NCBI GenBank assembly: GCA_030704615.1
Contig: CM060731.1
Coordinates: forward strand, 6,262,001 to 6,326,000
DNA from: Takakia lepidozioides
Taxonomy: Eukaryota > Plantae > Bryophyta
DNA: 64,000 nucleotides
Reading direction: 5' to 3'
A model generated the notes under the pieces. It did not search any database. It saw nothing but the letters and a program-made list of their open reading frames with translations, and was not told the origin of the DNA. Position numbers and translations under genes: made by a program. Below, piece after piece: positions 38,409 to 50,300 of the stretch. Position 1 is the stretch's first letter; each line of letters starts with the position of its first letter.

Positions 38409-41400
38409 ATCAGGATTAGATCTTGCTTGGTCGAGCTTCTATTCTTCCCCTCCATCTCTGTACTATTCTCATTACCTTGTACTTGTAGTTGCCAAAGCCT
38501 CTCTTGGTGGAGGCCAGTCAGTCCGGGGTTGTGGGCTGGGATATTCTGTAGGATCAGCATTGCAGCTGGATTTTGGTGTGGGGGTGTTGATGTTTTGATT
38601 TCTTGTGTTTGGATCCCCCCCAACACCTGCATGCTTGACTGTGCACCATGTTGGTTTTGTGTGGGCGCTTGCTTTCATAGGGATTAGGTCGGATTTGATC
38701 ACCGGTCAATCCTAGAGTATGCTGTCGGTGGTGAGGCTGGAGTGATGACCAGCAAGACCACCAGTGTTTCTTCTATGGTGAGACTGGGTTGATGACCAGC
38801 CAACCATAGGAGTTCTTGCGGTGGATGCAGGTGCAGGTGCCCTGAGCCACTGGGATATGACCCTTAAACTGCAACAGGTGCCCACCCGTGTCACTATTAG
38901 AATTAGTACTAGAGCCTTATAGTGTCACGTGGGGGAGGTGCACATTGTGAGTGTCATCACGGAGTTACCCAAGGGTTCTGAGGGGAGTACGGCTACAGGC
39001 AGTAGCACTGAGAGTGGGTTCACCAGACAAGGTATTCGTTTCAGACCACCTCCACCTCCACCCTCAACTAGTGCAGAGTCAGACACAGACTCGGAGGCTT
39101 CATCAACAGGTGTGCAGTTTCATTCGCCATTGTTGTGGGACGACATGGAGGAGATGTATGGAGCTACCAAGGGGCCTCGTAGGTACTCTGGAGCTGTGGG
39201 CACAATCGAGTTGGATGACTTTATCCAGGAGTTTGACAGCTGGTGTGATTTGCAGCAGATGCGCAATCCACAGCTATTCATTCCATTCATTGCGTGGAAG
39301 GGACTGTTCCAGCATTTGGAAGGCCCGCCTATGGACGATTACCACGAGTTCAGGCGAGGACATGAAGCAGAGATTGAGGAGTGAAGGATGTATTGGTCAC
39401 CTGACTACGTCTCCATTACTCGAGGCACGACGCGATCAGTAGCTGCATCAGTACCAATATCTCCCACTGCCAGCACTAGTAGTGGAACAAGTAGTGCCGG
39501 TACTTCTGCAGGTGGTACCAGTTCAAAAGGTGCTACTACTCCTTCTGCCACGGCTACAACACATGTGCCTAGATTCAACCCGGTGGTGGAGTTCTTCCAG
39601 GAGTTGCGGATGAACTACTAAGGTGTACGGACAGAGAAGCTGCGAAGTTTGCAAGACTTCTAGCGCAAACCCATTGAGAGCATGCGAGAGGCGTACACTC
39701 GTATAAGGCGCTTGATAAGTGTGACCCAAGGGGTTACTGAAGCTCAGGCAATCCAGTTTTGGTATGGAATTCTGGACAAGGAGCTCAAGAGAAGGGTGCG
39801 AGATGCAACCCTGTTACAAGCAGCCCAACCCACATTAGCATATGTGTTTCTGCTGGCTGAGCGGATTGAGCTCAACATGGTGGAGGAGCGAGTTGTTACC
39901 ATTGGATTTGGCAAGGTCATGCCTGCACGGGGCACAACTGCCAGCCCACAGGCACAAGGGACTGCCCAACAGCGTGGTCAGGGGGGCAAGGTTTCCCAAC
40001 CCAAGTTCCATGGAGCTTACAGGGGACCTCAGGTGCAAAGGCCCATGGTATCTTTTGCAGGCCACCAGCAACCAGGGGTGATATGTTGGACATGTGGAGG
40101 ACCCCATGTCAAGAGAGATTGCCCAGAGAGTGGCAAAAGGCCGGCACAAGCACAGCCTGCACAGTTGCAGTGTGGGCATTGTGGCAAGTATGGGCATGGA
40201 GATGCCCAGTGTTATGACTTGCATCCTGAGTTGCACCCAGGCCAGTTCCAAGGGAACAATGGTGGCCGGGGGCGAGGTGGACCAGCCCAGAGAGGACGAG
40301 GTGGTTGGGCACGAGGTGCAGGCCAAGGGCAAGCTCAACATGGACAAGGACGCGGAGGTCAGGGTGTTGACCAAGGCATGGCCAACCGGCTTCAGCAGCT
40401 AGAGCAGAGGCTCGCTGCCATGGCCACAGCTCAGGCGGTACCGGCTCCCAGGCGGGATGGTCCACCTCCTGCGCCTGAGGGAGGAGATATGGGAGGCATG
40501 GTATTCATGTGCGGAGCAGCGCTACCACTAGAGTAGGTGGAGTCTGCTGCAGCCGTGACTCGAGGAGCATCACGAGTTCCTGAGCCACGAGGTGCAGAGG
40601 TGGAATTGGATCCACAGCGTGGGGAGGCAAGCCGTCAGGCGAGGCTTCCTCAGTCATTCACATTGGTGGAGACAGTGTCGACGTCATCCATGGCACCTAG
40701 TTCTTGCCCGACTGTTACCGAGGCGGAGGTTACTATGCCATTGGGGAGAGCTACACGTGCAGCACTGACACCTGCTACCAAGGCTAGTGCAGCCGGTGTG
40801 TTGTTGGGGGCAGCCACCTCTGTGTGTCAAGCCCCACTGTTCTCGGCAACCATGATTGCGACGCCGGGGGTAAGACCAGCTGTAGTGTTCAGACTAGTAG
40901 CAACACTCTGTGAGAGTGGGGAGGTCACTTCATCTTTTGCGGAGTTAGTGGAAGGTGTAGTGGCAGAGGGATCCTCGGATTTGAGGGTCAAGACTGCCAC
41001 GGCTGCGCCATGGCAAGCTGCAGCTGTCAGGTTGACGGAGCTGCCAGCTAGGCCAGCCTTTGAGCGCGCCATGGTGACACCTGGAGTTGTCTTGTTAGAC
41101 AACCAGGATGGCATTTTCACTTTGAGTGGACCGACAGGCAAGAAGTACCGGCCACTACGGGTCTTGTTGGAGTCGGGAGTTCAGCCACTGATGTTAGGCA
41201 GAGCTGCTATTGCAGGTTTGGGCCTCATGGAGGCGGATATGGAGCCTTGTCTTTTCTAGATACATACATCTCTGGGAGGATCAGAGCAGGCTCGGGGCAT
41301 GACACGGCGTGAGTTGGCTATTGGACTACAGCCGGATCATCCTGTAGATAGCTCAATGATGCGAGCCAAGGCCATTGTGACAGACGCGGTCTCTTACGAT

Positions 41401-41880
41401 GTCCTCGTTGGTGGGGCAGTGTTATATCCCATGGGCTTCACCCTGGACTTTTGGGAGGAGTCAGCATCCTACAGGCCTGGATGGCAGTCAGGGGATGGTC
41501 GTCGTGCACAGCTCCTTGTGACATTCATTGGGGGTATTGCGGCTGCCCAACGGGGCAAGACGCCAACACTAGCCGCCTTTACAGCTACAGTTAGTTGGCC
41601 TAGAGAGTTGCTGGAAGGCAATGCCCATGCAGAGGATGTGCCACCTCCAGCAGAGCAGGATGACATGCATGGTATGGCGGAGTTGCCTGCCATGGTTGCT
41701 CACACTCCATTGTGGGGTACGAGCAAGGATTTGCAGCAGGTTGCTGATCGACGGGTGCAACAAGCCTGGGTAGAGGCTTTTGTACCGTCAGGAGAGGAGG
41801 AGAGTGCAGGTATTGTACCAGGACCACCTCAGTTGTCACCATTGGATACCACACCTATTGTGTGGCAGTATCCGGATGAA

Positions 41881-42830
41881 GCCATTTGCCTTCTGGACTT
41901 GTTTGGCGGGATCAACACCGGATTGGCTGCTGTGCTACAGGCAGGTGTGCGGGTAAGGCGTTACTTGTATGTGGAGAGGGATGAGACTGCACGACGCGTC
42001 TCACTGCGCCATGTTGCTCAGTTGGTACAACAGTACCCTGCTTTGTTGCCAGTGTCTGCAGTTCGTGGATACCAACAAGCCTTGCCAGCAGACATTTCGT
42101 TGCTGGGGGCGCCGGATTTGGAGCAGGTTGGCTCCATTGATCTGGTAGTGGCAGGTTGGCCCTGCCAAGGGCATTCATCAGCTGGGCATGGCAATGGATT
42201 GCGAGACTCGAGGACGGGTCTGTTTTGGGAGATGGTGCGGATTTTGCGCCACTTGCAGCTTCATCAAGCTGTATCGCCAGCATACATCTTGGAGAATGTG
42301 CCACTGATGGACGATTCTCGGGCCAGGGTGATGGCCAGTGTGCATCAAGTCCGGTCGCGGCTTGGGTCAGCAGTGCTGCTGGATGCAGCTGCAGTGGGAT
42401 CACGGGCTCATCGTCCACGGCTATGGTGGACTAACTTGATGTCACCCGCACTGCTCAAGCGTGCATTTGATGGGGTGCAGCGGCCAACACACCTCACAGT
42501 GGACAGCATTTTGGACACAGGGAGGCAGTCTCAATGTGTGAGACACGATGACCGTTCGCCTTTGGCAGTGGTCAACAGGGTGGGTCAACCACGAGCAACA
42601 TTACCTACACTGCTCAGCTTCCCAGGATCCCATGCTTTTTGGGATGGTGGACCTGGCCTCATGTGGGATGCTCAGTTGCAGCAGTTAGTGGAGCCTAATG
42701 CTGACGAGCGAGAGCGGGCTATGGGGTTTTCCACTGGGACCACAACGGTGCCTTCTCTTTCTGAGGCATCACGTCGTCAGGTGTTGGGGCAAGCAATGGA
42801 TCTCAATTGCTTGACCTGGATTATCAGCTT
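41881..42830 (+). CDS. C5-cytosine DNA methyltransferase domain of the polyprotein
   Basis: Ordered motifs I LDLFGGI, II YVERD, III ADI, IV GWPCQGHS (Cys codon 42163), V GLRDSRTGLF, VI YILENV (ENV at 42292), VII DAAAV, VIII HRPRLWW, IX ERERAMGF, X RRQVLGQAM. No stop inside the domain. Confidence 0.92.
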
Positions 42831-45800
42831 GGCTATGGCTGAGCAATGTAGAGTGCGGAGTGCACTTCCCTTGATGGTCTCTCTGCCTACCGAGACGGTA
42901 CAGGCAGCGAGTGGGGGCGAGCCGGTGAGGACCACGGGGTGTAGACATCCATGGCTAACGTAGGAGGTGCTTGAGGTTCAGAGGAAGTTGGCAGCCAAGG
43001 CAGCTGTGATGGATGAGGTTGGGGATTCTTCTCGGGTTGATGAGGTCCTCAAGGATGAGATGATGGGGCAGGATGAGGCCTTGTCATTGACTGAGCAGGT
43101 AGGGAGTACTGCTCAAGAGGTTGCGGCATAGCAACCACGGGACGCGTCCTCTACCTCTAAGCCCATTGGACTTAAGGTTGCAGTTACGGAGGACAATTGG
43201 GAGCCTGACATTGGACCCATTGTCACCGAAGGAGAGAGACGACGTATACGGTGGTTCCTAAGGGCTTACAGGAATTGCTTTGCCTTCAGTTTGAAGGACT
43301 TAGGAGCACTGAAGGGTCAAGAGATTCGCATTGAATTGGCTACTGACACGCCAATCTTTCGGAGACCCTATAGATACAGTGACATGGAGAGGTCCTTGAT
43401 TCAGATGAGAACTCAGGACCTTTGGGAGGCTGGTTTGGTGGAGCTATCTGGGGGAGAGTATGCTTCAGCCACAGTGATGCCAGCCAAGAAGGATGTCTAT
43501 GGCAATTGGACGGAGAGACGTATGTGCGGTGATTACCGGCCTGTAAATCGTCAGACCAAGTCCGATAGGTATGCCATGCCGACACCAAAGGAGATCTTTG
43601 ATGCCATTGGGCATGCCAAGGTCTTTAGCACGTTGGATTTACGATCCAGATATCACCAGTTGCCGCTCAAGGAGGCGGATAAGCAAAAGACGGCATTCTG
43701 GGGGATCAATGAGCACGGGAAGGATTGCCTATACCAGTGGCGGTTCTTACCATTTGGGCTTAAGAACGCTCCGGCAGAATTTCAGAGAGTCATGGATAGG
43801 ATTCTAGCTGGGGTGGAGTTTGCTCGGTGCTACATAGATGACATCATCATTTTTAGTGTTATGGTGGAAGAGCATGAGAGACACCTTCAGGGGGTATTTG
43901 AGCGCTTGAGGGCGTACGGATTGAAGTTACATCCGGGAAAGTGCAAGTTTTTCCACAACCAGATTGAGTATCTGGGTCACATGATATATCCTGGAGGATT
44001 GGGGGTACAACAGACTAAGGTAGAGTCCATTGCACAGGTTCCACGCCCCACGGATGTGAGCCGAGTTCGAGCTTTCATGGGGTTAGCAAACTATTATAGA
44101 CGGTATGTTAAGGGATTTAGTGCCATTGCAAAGGCTCTAACCAAGCTGACCAAGGTGGACCAGGAGTGGCAGTGGGAAGATGAGCAAGAACAAGCTTTTC
44201 AAGAGCTCAAGGCGAGGTTGACCTCGGCGCCCATCTTGAGACGACCTATCAGGGGGCGTCATTTTCAGCTGCATACAGATTGGAGCATGCTGGGGCTTGG
44301 AGCGGTGCTCACACAGGTGGATGATGAGGGAAGAGAGTTCATAGTGGCTTATGCTAGCTGCTCGAACAACGTTGTAGAGTCTAAGTATAGCTCATATAAG
44401 GGAGAATGCTTAGCTGCAGTGTGGGCCATGGCACACTTCAGGTACTATCTATACGGCAATCTCTTTACCCTTGTCACAGATCACCAACCACTCAAGTGGT
44501 TGATGGAGTCAGACAAGCTTACGGGGAAGCTTGCACGGTGGGCACTCATCCTTCAAGAGTATGACTTTCAGGTGGTGCATTGACCGGGTTTGGTCAATCG
44601 CAATGCAGATGGGTTGAGTCGCAATCCATGCACGAGCCAGCAAGATGACACTGGAGCTCGGTGGCATGGTGAGACGGACGAGGAGATGGTGCCCGGATGG
44701 CATGCATCTGCATTTCTGTGTATCTTGGCAGCGGAAGGCCAGGTTGGACCTGCAAGAGGGATGACTGTAGATCAAGTGTCTGAGGACCCTGAGGCCAGCA
44801 ATGAGCAGGGTGGCACCAAAGATATACATGAGGATTCAGTTGTGTTGGACTACCTCCGCACTGGAGACACTGCAGCCACTGTGACTGCCAAGGAGAGGGA
44901 TCGGATCCTACAACGAGCCAAGAGGTTCAAGTGGGAGGGGACACACCTGCTCCGAGTGTGGGAGGATGGTCGAGTGAGGATTGTGCCTCACCCAACACAG
45001 CGGGCACGGTTAGTGCGGCATGCCCATGAGGAGTTGGGGCATTTTGGGGTGCGACGCACTCATAGTCTACTGCAGGGGCAGTATTGGTGGCGTGGTATGC
45101 ACACAGAGGTGCAACAATTTGTGGCTAGGTGCATGGTGTGTGACAGGGTGTGTGCTTCATTCAACGCCCCTACTCCACAATTGCACCCTCTTCCGATCAT
45201 GGGATTGGGCTACAGGTGGAGTCTTGACTTCGCAGGGCCGTTGCCACTGACCATGCACCATAACAAGTACGTGTTGGTGATGGTGGAACACTTCTCCAAG
45301 TGGATTGAATTGGTTCCATTGCCTGATAAGGCTAGTGAGGGAGCTGCGTATGCATTCTTGGATTGTGTGCTTAGCCGATTCGGTGCTCCTGCTGAGGTAC
45401 TCACGGACCAAGGGAGAGAGTTCTTGGGGGAGTTTCAGGCTTTGTGTGACAAGGCCTTGATAGACCACCGCACCACTTCTCGGGATCATCCTGAGGCCGA
45501 TGGCTTGGCAGAGAGAGTTGTTCAGACAGTAAAGAGGGGTTTGCACAAGTATGGCTTGCAGAAGGGACACCTAGGAGATTGGGACCTTCAGTTACCCTGG
45601 TTAGCCATGGGCTACAGGTTCAGCAAGCAAGCATCACTTGCCTCATTCTCGCCATACTTTCTTCTCTTTGGCCGAGAGCCGGATTTGCCTACATCCATTC
45701 GCAGAGAAGCTGCTACAGTTCTTAACCTTGACGATCCGGACGTGTGGGCACGTGCATGTGAGCAACGTGCAGAGTTATTCAAGAAAGTCATGCCCATGGC

Positions 45801-46122
45801 TTTCGAGAACCTTGCCATTGCACAACATCGTGATACGTTGAGGTATGCTACCATACGTGGTGGGGGCTATCGTCCTGGGGTTCGGAGATTCAACCCTGGT
45901 GACTATGTTTATCTGTAGCAGACTGCTCCTATGACCTTGGATGTGACTGCAGGACGTGTTATTTTGAGGGTTCGAGAGGTCTTGCCCTTAGGCGTCTTGG
46001 TCTTGGAGGGTCGGGATGGCATAACTTGGAAGGACCATGTGCGTAATTGTGCGCCATGTCACCTTCCGAATGTCGATGGCGGGATTGACCCAAACCTGGC
46101 AGTGGTATCTGCAAGTTTGAGG

Positions 46123-46262
46123 TGCATGTTGTGTGGGCTAAAGGGGCAGCCACCATGCTGGTGTGTGATCGATGCTCTAGAGGTTGGCATATGGGATGCT
46201 TGACTCCACCTCTTGAGATGGTTCCGGATGGGGATTGGTTATGTCCGCATTGCATTGGATAG
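46123..46262 (+). other. PHD finger (C4HC3) at the integrase C-terminus
   Basis: CMLCG /frameshift/ MLVCDRCSRGWHMGCLTPPLEMVPDGDWLCPHC*. Confidence 0.88.
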
Positions 46263-46518
46263 TGGGAGTGGATACAACCATGGGAGGCTAACAAAAAAAG
46301 CAAAGCCAAGCTACTAGGAGACCTTGAACACACGAGATCCTGGCTCAAGTACATTGCAAGACGGCGACTAACGATGGGGCTACTCTTGTACCCGGCCTCT
46401 TGGTCTACAGAGTTTGAGTACAACAAGGCCAGTGATAGAGGACTTAGTACGGCTGTGGCTATTACATCTTGTAGCTATCTGGAGTTAGAGGGACCTATCC
46501 ACCAGCTAGGGGGGCGAT

Positions 46519-46957
46519 TGTGGCAGACTACTTTATTGTGCATATATGTGTGGTGTGGTTTGGACAGCGATGTAGTTGTGTAGCGATACGTATGCGCACG
46601 ACAGCTGTCAAGTTAAATAAGCACAGTGTGAAACTAACTAGAATAAAGCTAGTTTTTGTATTTAACACTTGGATTTAGGTCAAGTGTTAAATCAGGTGTC
46701 AAGTTTAGTTTGACACCTGAACCGTCTTATCTTCACGAGAGCGTCAGTCGCGCAGCTCATCTCTCTCGAGTTGAGCCTGCGCGACCGAGCTCCTTCATCG
46801 TTTAGAACTGAGTGTGCTTATGATGGGATGATAGGTTGTTGTGGGGTGGAGTCCCCATAGCTTGGGGTGCCCCTGGCTCGACTTCTGTTTTAAAGAGTGA
46901 TGCTGTTGGATTCATGTTGTTTCTTATGTCAACACTATGTTTTTAGCTTTCTTATCA
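46519..46957 (+). repeat. Complete LTR (A + GC + B) of the DNMT element, followed by a second copy of A (46959-47043)
   Basis: Starts TG just after the PPT and ends TATCA; the B part matches 35121-35473 with few differences and a 1-nt indel. Confidence 0.85.
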
Positions 46958-47392
46958 TTGTGGCAGACTACTTTATTGTGCATATATGTGTGGTGTGGTT
47001 TGGACAGCGATGTAGTTGTGTAGCGATACGTATGCGCACGACAGATGATTAAGCATCGCACAGGTTTGACACGTCCTCGAATGGGGATCAGAATTTGTGA
47101 GAATACTTCTCACTCTGGTGGTTCCCCCTCTTGCGATCGTCTTCGTCGTCGTGAAGTCAAAGGCTGTGACAACTGGGCTGGTTTGTCCGGCAGTTGAGCA
47201 AATGAAAGTTCTTATGGTTCTTGTGACGAAAAGGTAATGTCTGTTAGTGACAACTCCACCACCTCAAGATATCTATTTGCTTGGTGCTCTCTCTTTCTTA
47301 TTGTGCGCCAAAGGCGGTGGCTTCATCTTCAAGTTTTGACGGCTATTAATGTTGGACGGTCTAATAATTCATCGACGCGTGGCTCGAGGTTT

Positions 47393-50300
47393 TTAGGGGT
47401 GTTGGTGATGGAATTCTTGAAATTTCTGGGATGCATGAGTGATATTGGATGATGGTTCCCACGTTCGTTCATTGACATCATATCCACGCCAATGGACCAA
47501 ATATTCCAAACATCCACAACATAGTCGAGAGTCTAGGATTGCTTCGACCTCAAATTCTTCTTCGCCATCAATTTCTATTGGTGGAGGTGGTTGAACTTGT
47601 CTTCCAGGAATGATAGATTCACAAAATGGTTCAAGAATCAATACATGAAATACTGGATGGATTTTCATAGAGCTTGGGAGTTGTAGCCGAAAAGCAACTA
47701 GATTACCTGGCCAATGATGGTGAATGGCCCGAGTCGTCGATAATCCAGTTTCTTTGAAGGCCTTCTTGATTGTAAATCTCGACGAAGTAATTACCAAACG
47801 CGATCTCCAATTTTATAGGTTGGGTGTGGTGCGAGGTGACGGTCAGCTAGATCTTTATAACGGTCTTGGGCCTCTTTCAATTGTTTTTTGAGGTCATTCT
47901 GAATGTTGATCAATCGTTCTGCAAGACTTATAGCAGCAGGGTTGTTTGTTTTTCCGAACGCGATAGTATCGAACCTCGGGTGTCGCCCATAATTTGCAAA
48001 GAAAGGCGTGTGTCCAAGGCTCAAGCAATGCATGATATGTGTTGTTATACGCAAACTCGGCTAGAGACAAGAGGTCTACCCAATCATCCTGATGATAGTT
48101 AATTATACAACGAAGATATTGTTCCAATACTTGATTTACTCTCTCGGTTTGTCCATCTGTTTGAGGATGATTGGCCGAAGAGATGTTGATTTGTACTCAT
48201 AGAAGTTTAAATAGTCCCTTCCAGAAACTTGACATGAATTGAGGTCCCCGATCAGACACAATATTTGATGGCAAGCCATATTCTGTAGACATGCTTGAAG
48301 AAAAGCTTTGACGTTCCTTCGCTTGTGACAGACTTGAGGGTTGGGATAAAATGCGTAATTTTTGTTAGGCGGTCGACCACGACAAGAATAGCGTCGAAAG
48401 ATTCAGAACAGGGGAGATCTGTGATGAAGTCCATAGATAATGATGACCACGGGCCCTCGGGAATAGGCAATGGCTGCAGCACACCATACGGATGGTGATG
48501 TGGTGTTTTTGCTCGGGTACATGTATCACAAGTGCGGATGAATTCTTTTACCAACTTCCACATTCGTGGCCACCAAAAATCCCTTGAGATAAGCTCGATG
48601 GTTTTAGTTACACCAAAATGACCAGTTGATGGAAGGTTGTGTCGTGCTTGAAAAACATGTAAGCGAAGTGGTCCTGGTGGTACATAAATGAGTCCCATAT
48701 AGTGGATAAGGCCTTCTGACTCCTGAAATTCGCAATCTTCGTTCGATCTTTGACATAGACGTCGTCTTATATCCTTCGCAAAATGATCCATTTTCAGACT
48801 TCCACGAATCTTTGCAAGAAACTCGTATCAATAGGAATTTTACTTTCTATTGACATGAGATGCAATTGTTCTGGTTTCAGAAGGATGGACTTCTGTTGAT
48901 CGAATGCAACATCTCCTTGTTTAGAGGCCAGATATGATCGGCGTGACAGTGCATCTGGCTTCCCCTGTTGGCTTCCTGGACGATAAGCAATGATAAATTC
49001 AAAGTGAGATAGAAACATACACCATCTGGCTTGTCGACGATTAAGTACTCGAGCATTCATAAAATATTCGAGATTCTTATGGTCGGTGTAAACTATGACC
49101 GTATGCCGAGCTCCTTCCAAAAAATGTCGTCATTCTTCGAAAACTTCGATGATTGCTAAAAGCTCTTTATCTTGGATTTCATAGTTGATTTCTGCCGCCG
49201 AAAACTTCCTCGAATGGAATCCCACAGGATGTAGTCGTCTGTCGTCTCCATATTGTGACAATATAGCACCAAGTGCAAAGTCGGAAACGTCTGCCTCAAG
49301 AAAAAATGGTTTGGTCGGATCTGCATGGATTAAAATGGGAGCTGTAGTAAAAGCGTTCTTCAATCTTTGGAAGGCTTTTGAAGCATTGTCGTCCCACTTG
49401 AATTTATCCTTTCCTGTAAGTCGTGTTAGGGGTGCGGCAACCTTTGAATAGTCCTTGATGAAGATCCGATAAAAGTTTGCAAACCCCAAGAAACATTGCA
49501 CGTCCCAAACCGAAGAAGGTGTCTGTCAATCGACAATGGTTTGGACTTTCTTAGGGTCCATTGAGATTCCATTATCGGAGATGATGTAGCCCAAGAATTC
49601 AACCTTCGACTGGTGGAAAAGACATTTTTCTAGCTTTGCATATAGTCATTTCTCTCGTAATTTGTCGAGGACGAAATAGATGTGTTTTTCATGGTCTTCG
49701 AAATTTTTGGAGAATATCAAGATGTCATCTAAATATATGACTACAAAGTCGTCAAGAAATTCTCTAAATATGTCGTTCATCATATGCTGAAAATTTGTCG
49801 GAGCATTTGTAAGACCAAATGGCATGACGTTGTATTCAAATGACCATACCTTGTATGGAACGTTGTTTTCCATTCGTCGCTTTCTTTAATTCGTACAAGG
49901 TTGTAGGCGTCCCGCAAATCGATCTTTGTGAAGATTGTGGATTGACCAAGTTGTTCTAGAAGCCCTGAAATCAGCGGTAACGGATAGTGATTTTTTATCG
50001 TGATTTTGTTGAGACCACGATAATCCACGCACATTCGTAGAGTTCCATCTTTCTTTTTTACAAAGAGTATTCCCGTGATTTAGAATGTCGTAAGAAGTTT
50101 TTCGAAATATTTTCATCGATGTAGCTTCGTAGCTCCGTCAATTCATTTTGGGAAAGGTTGTAGATGGATCCAAATGGTGGTTGAGCTCCTTCTTATAGTT
50201 CGATTGCACAGTCATAGGGTCGATGCTGTGGCAGCATGTCAATGTTCTTCTTTTCGAACACGTCCTTAAAATCATGATACTGTGGCGGTAGTGTTTCTGT

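Larger units (their letters stand above)
38929..46262 (+). pseudogene. Single-frame Gag-PR-DNMT-RT-RH-IN polyprotein with nine in-frame stops, then a frameshifted PHD finger
   Basis: ORFs starting at 38929, 39388, 39682, 40537, 41299, 43291, 44590 and 45931 all share one frame. Zinc knuckles CWTCGGPH..RDC and CGHCGKYGH...QC; protease VLLESG (D>E); RT YIDD; RNase H LHTDWS/TDH; integrase HHCC and D-D-E; one frameshift at about 46140 inside the PHD. Confidence 0.92.
35121..47043 (+). mobile_element. Ty3/gypsy retrotransposon encoding a C5 DNA methyltransferase and PHD finger, with permuted (split) LTRs
   Basis: Ends TGTC...GACA with 4-bp TSD GATG (35117-35120, 47044-47047). Repeat B at 35121-35473 and 46606-46957; repeat A at 46519-46603 and 46959-47043; PPT AGGGGGGCGA at 46508-46517; full gag-pol inside. 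Confidence 0.93.

Noticed and set aside
41299-42963. Host DRM/CMT/MET1 gene or bacterial restriction-modification methylase
   Set aside because: It is intronless, in frame with the retroelement protease and RT, lacks plant regulatory domains, has motifs in I-X order (DRM is permuted) and has no partner endonuclease.
39382-45918. Stops repaired by U-to-C editing or read-through
   Set aside because: Plant U-to-C editing is organellar; nine scattered stops plus a D>E protease mutation are better explained by decay.
35121-47043. DIRS/PAT tyrosine-recombinase element suggested by the split repeats
   Set aside because: It encodes an HHCC/DDE integrase and an aspartic protease and has a TSD; no tyrosine recombinase motif was seen.
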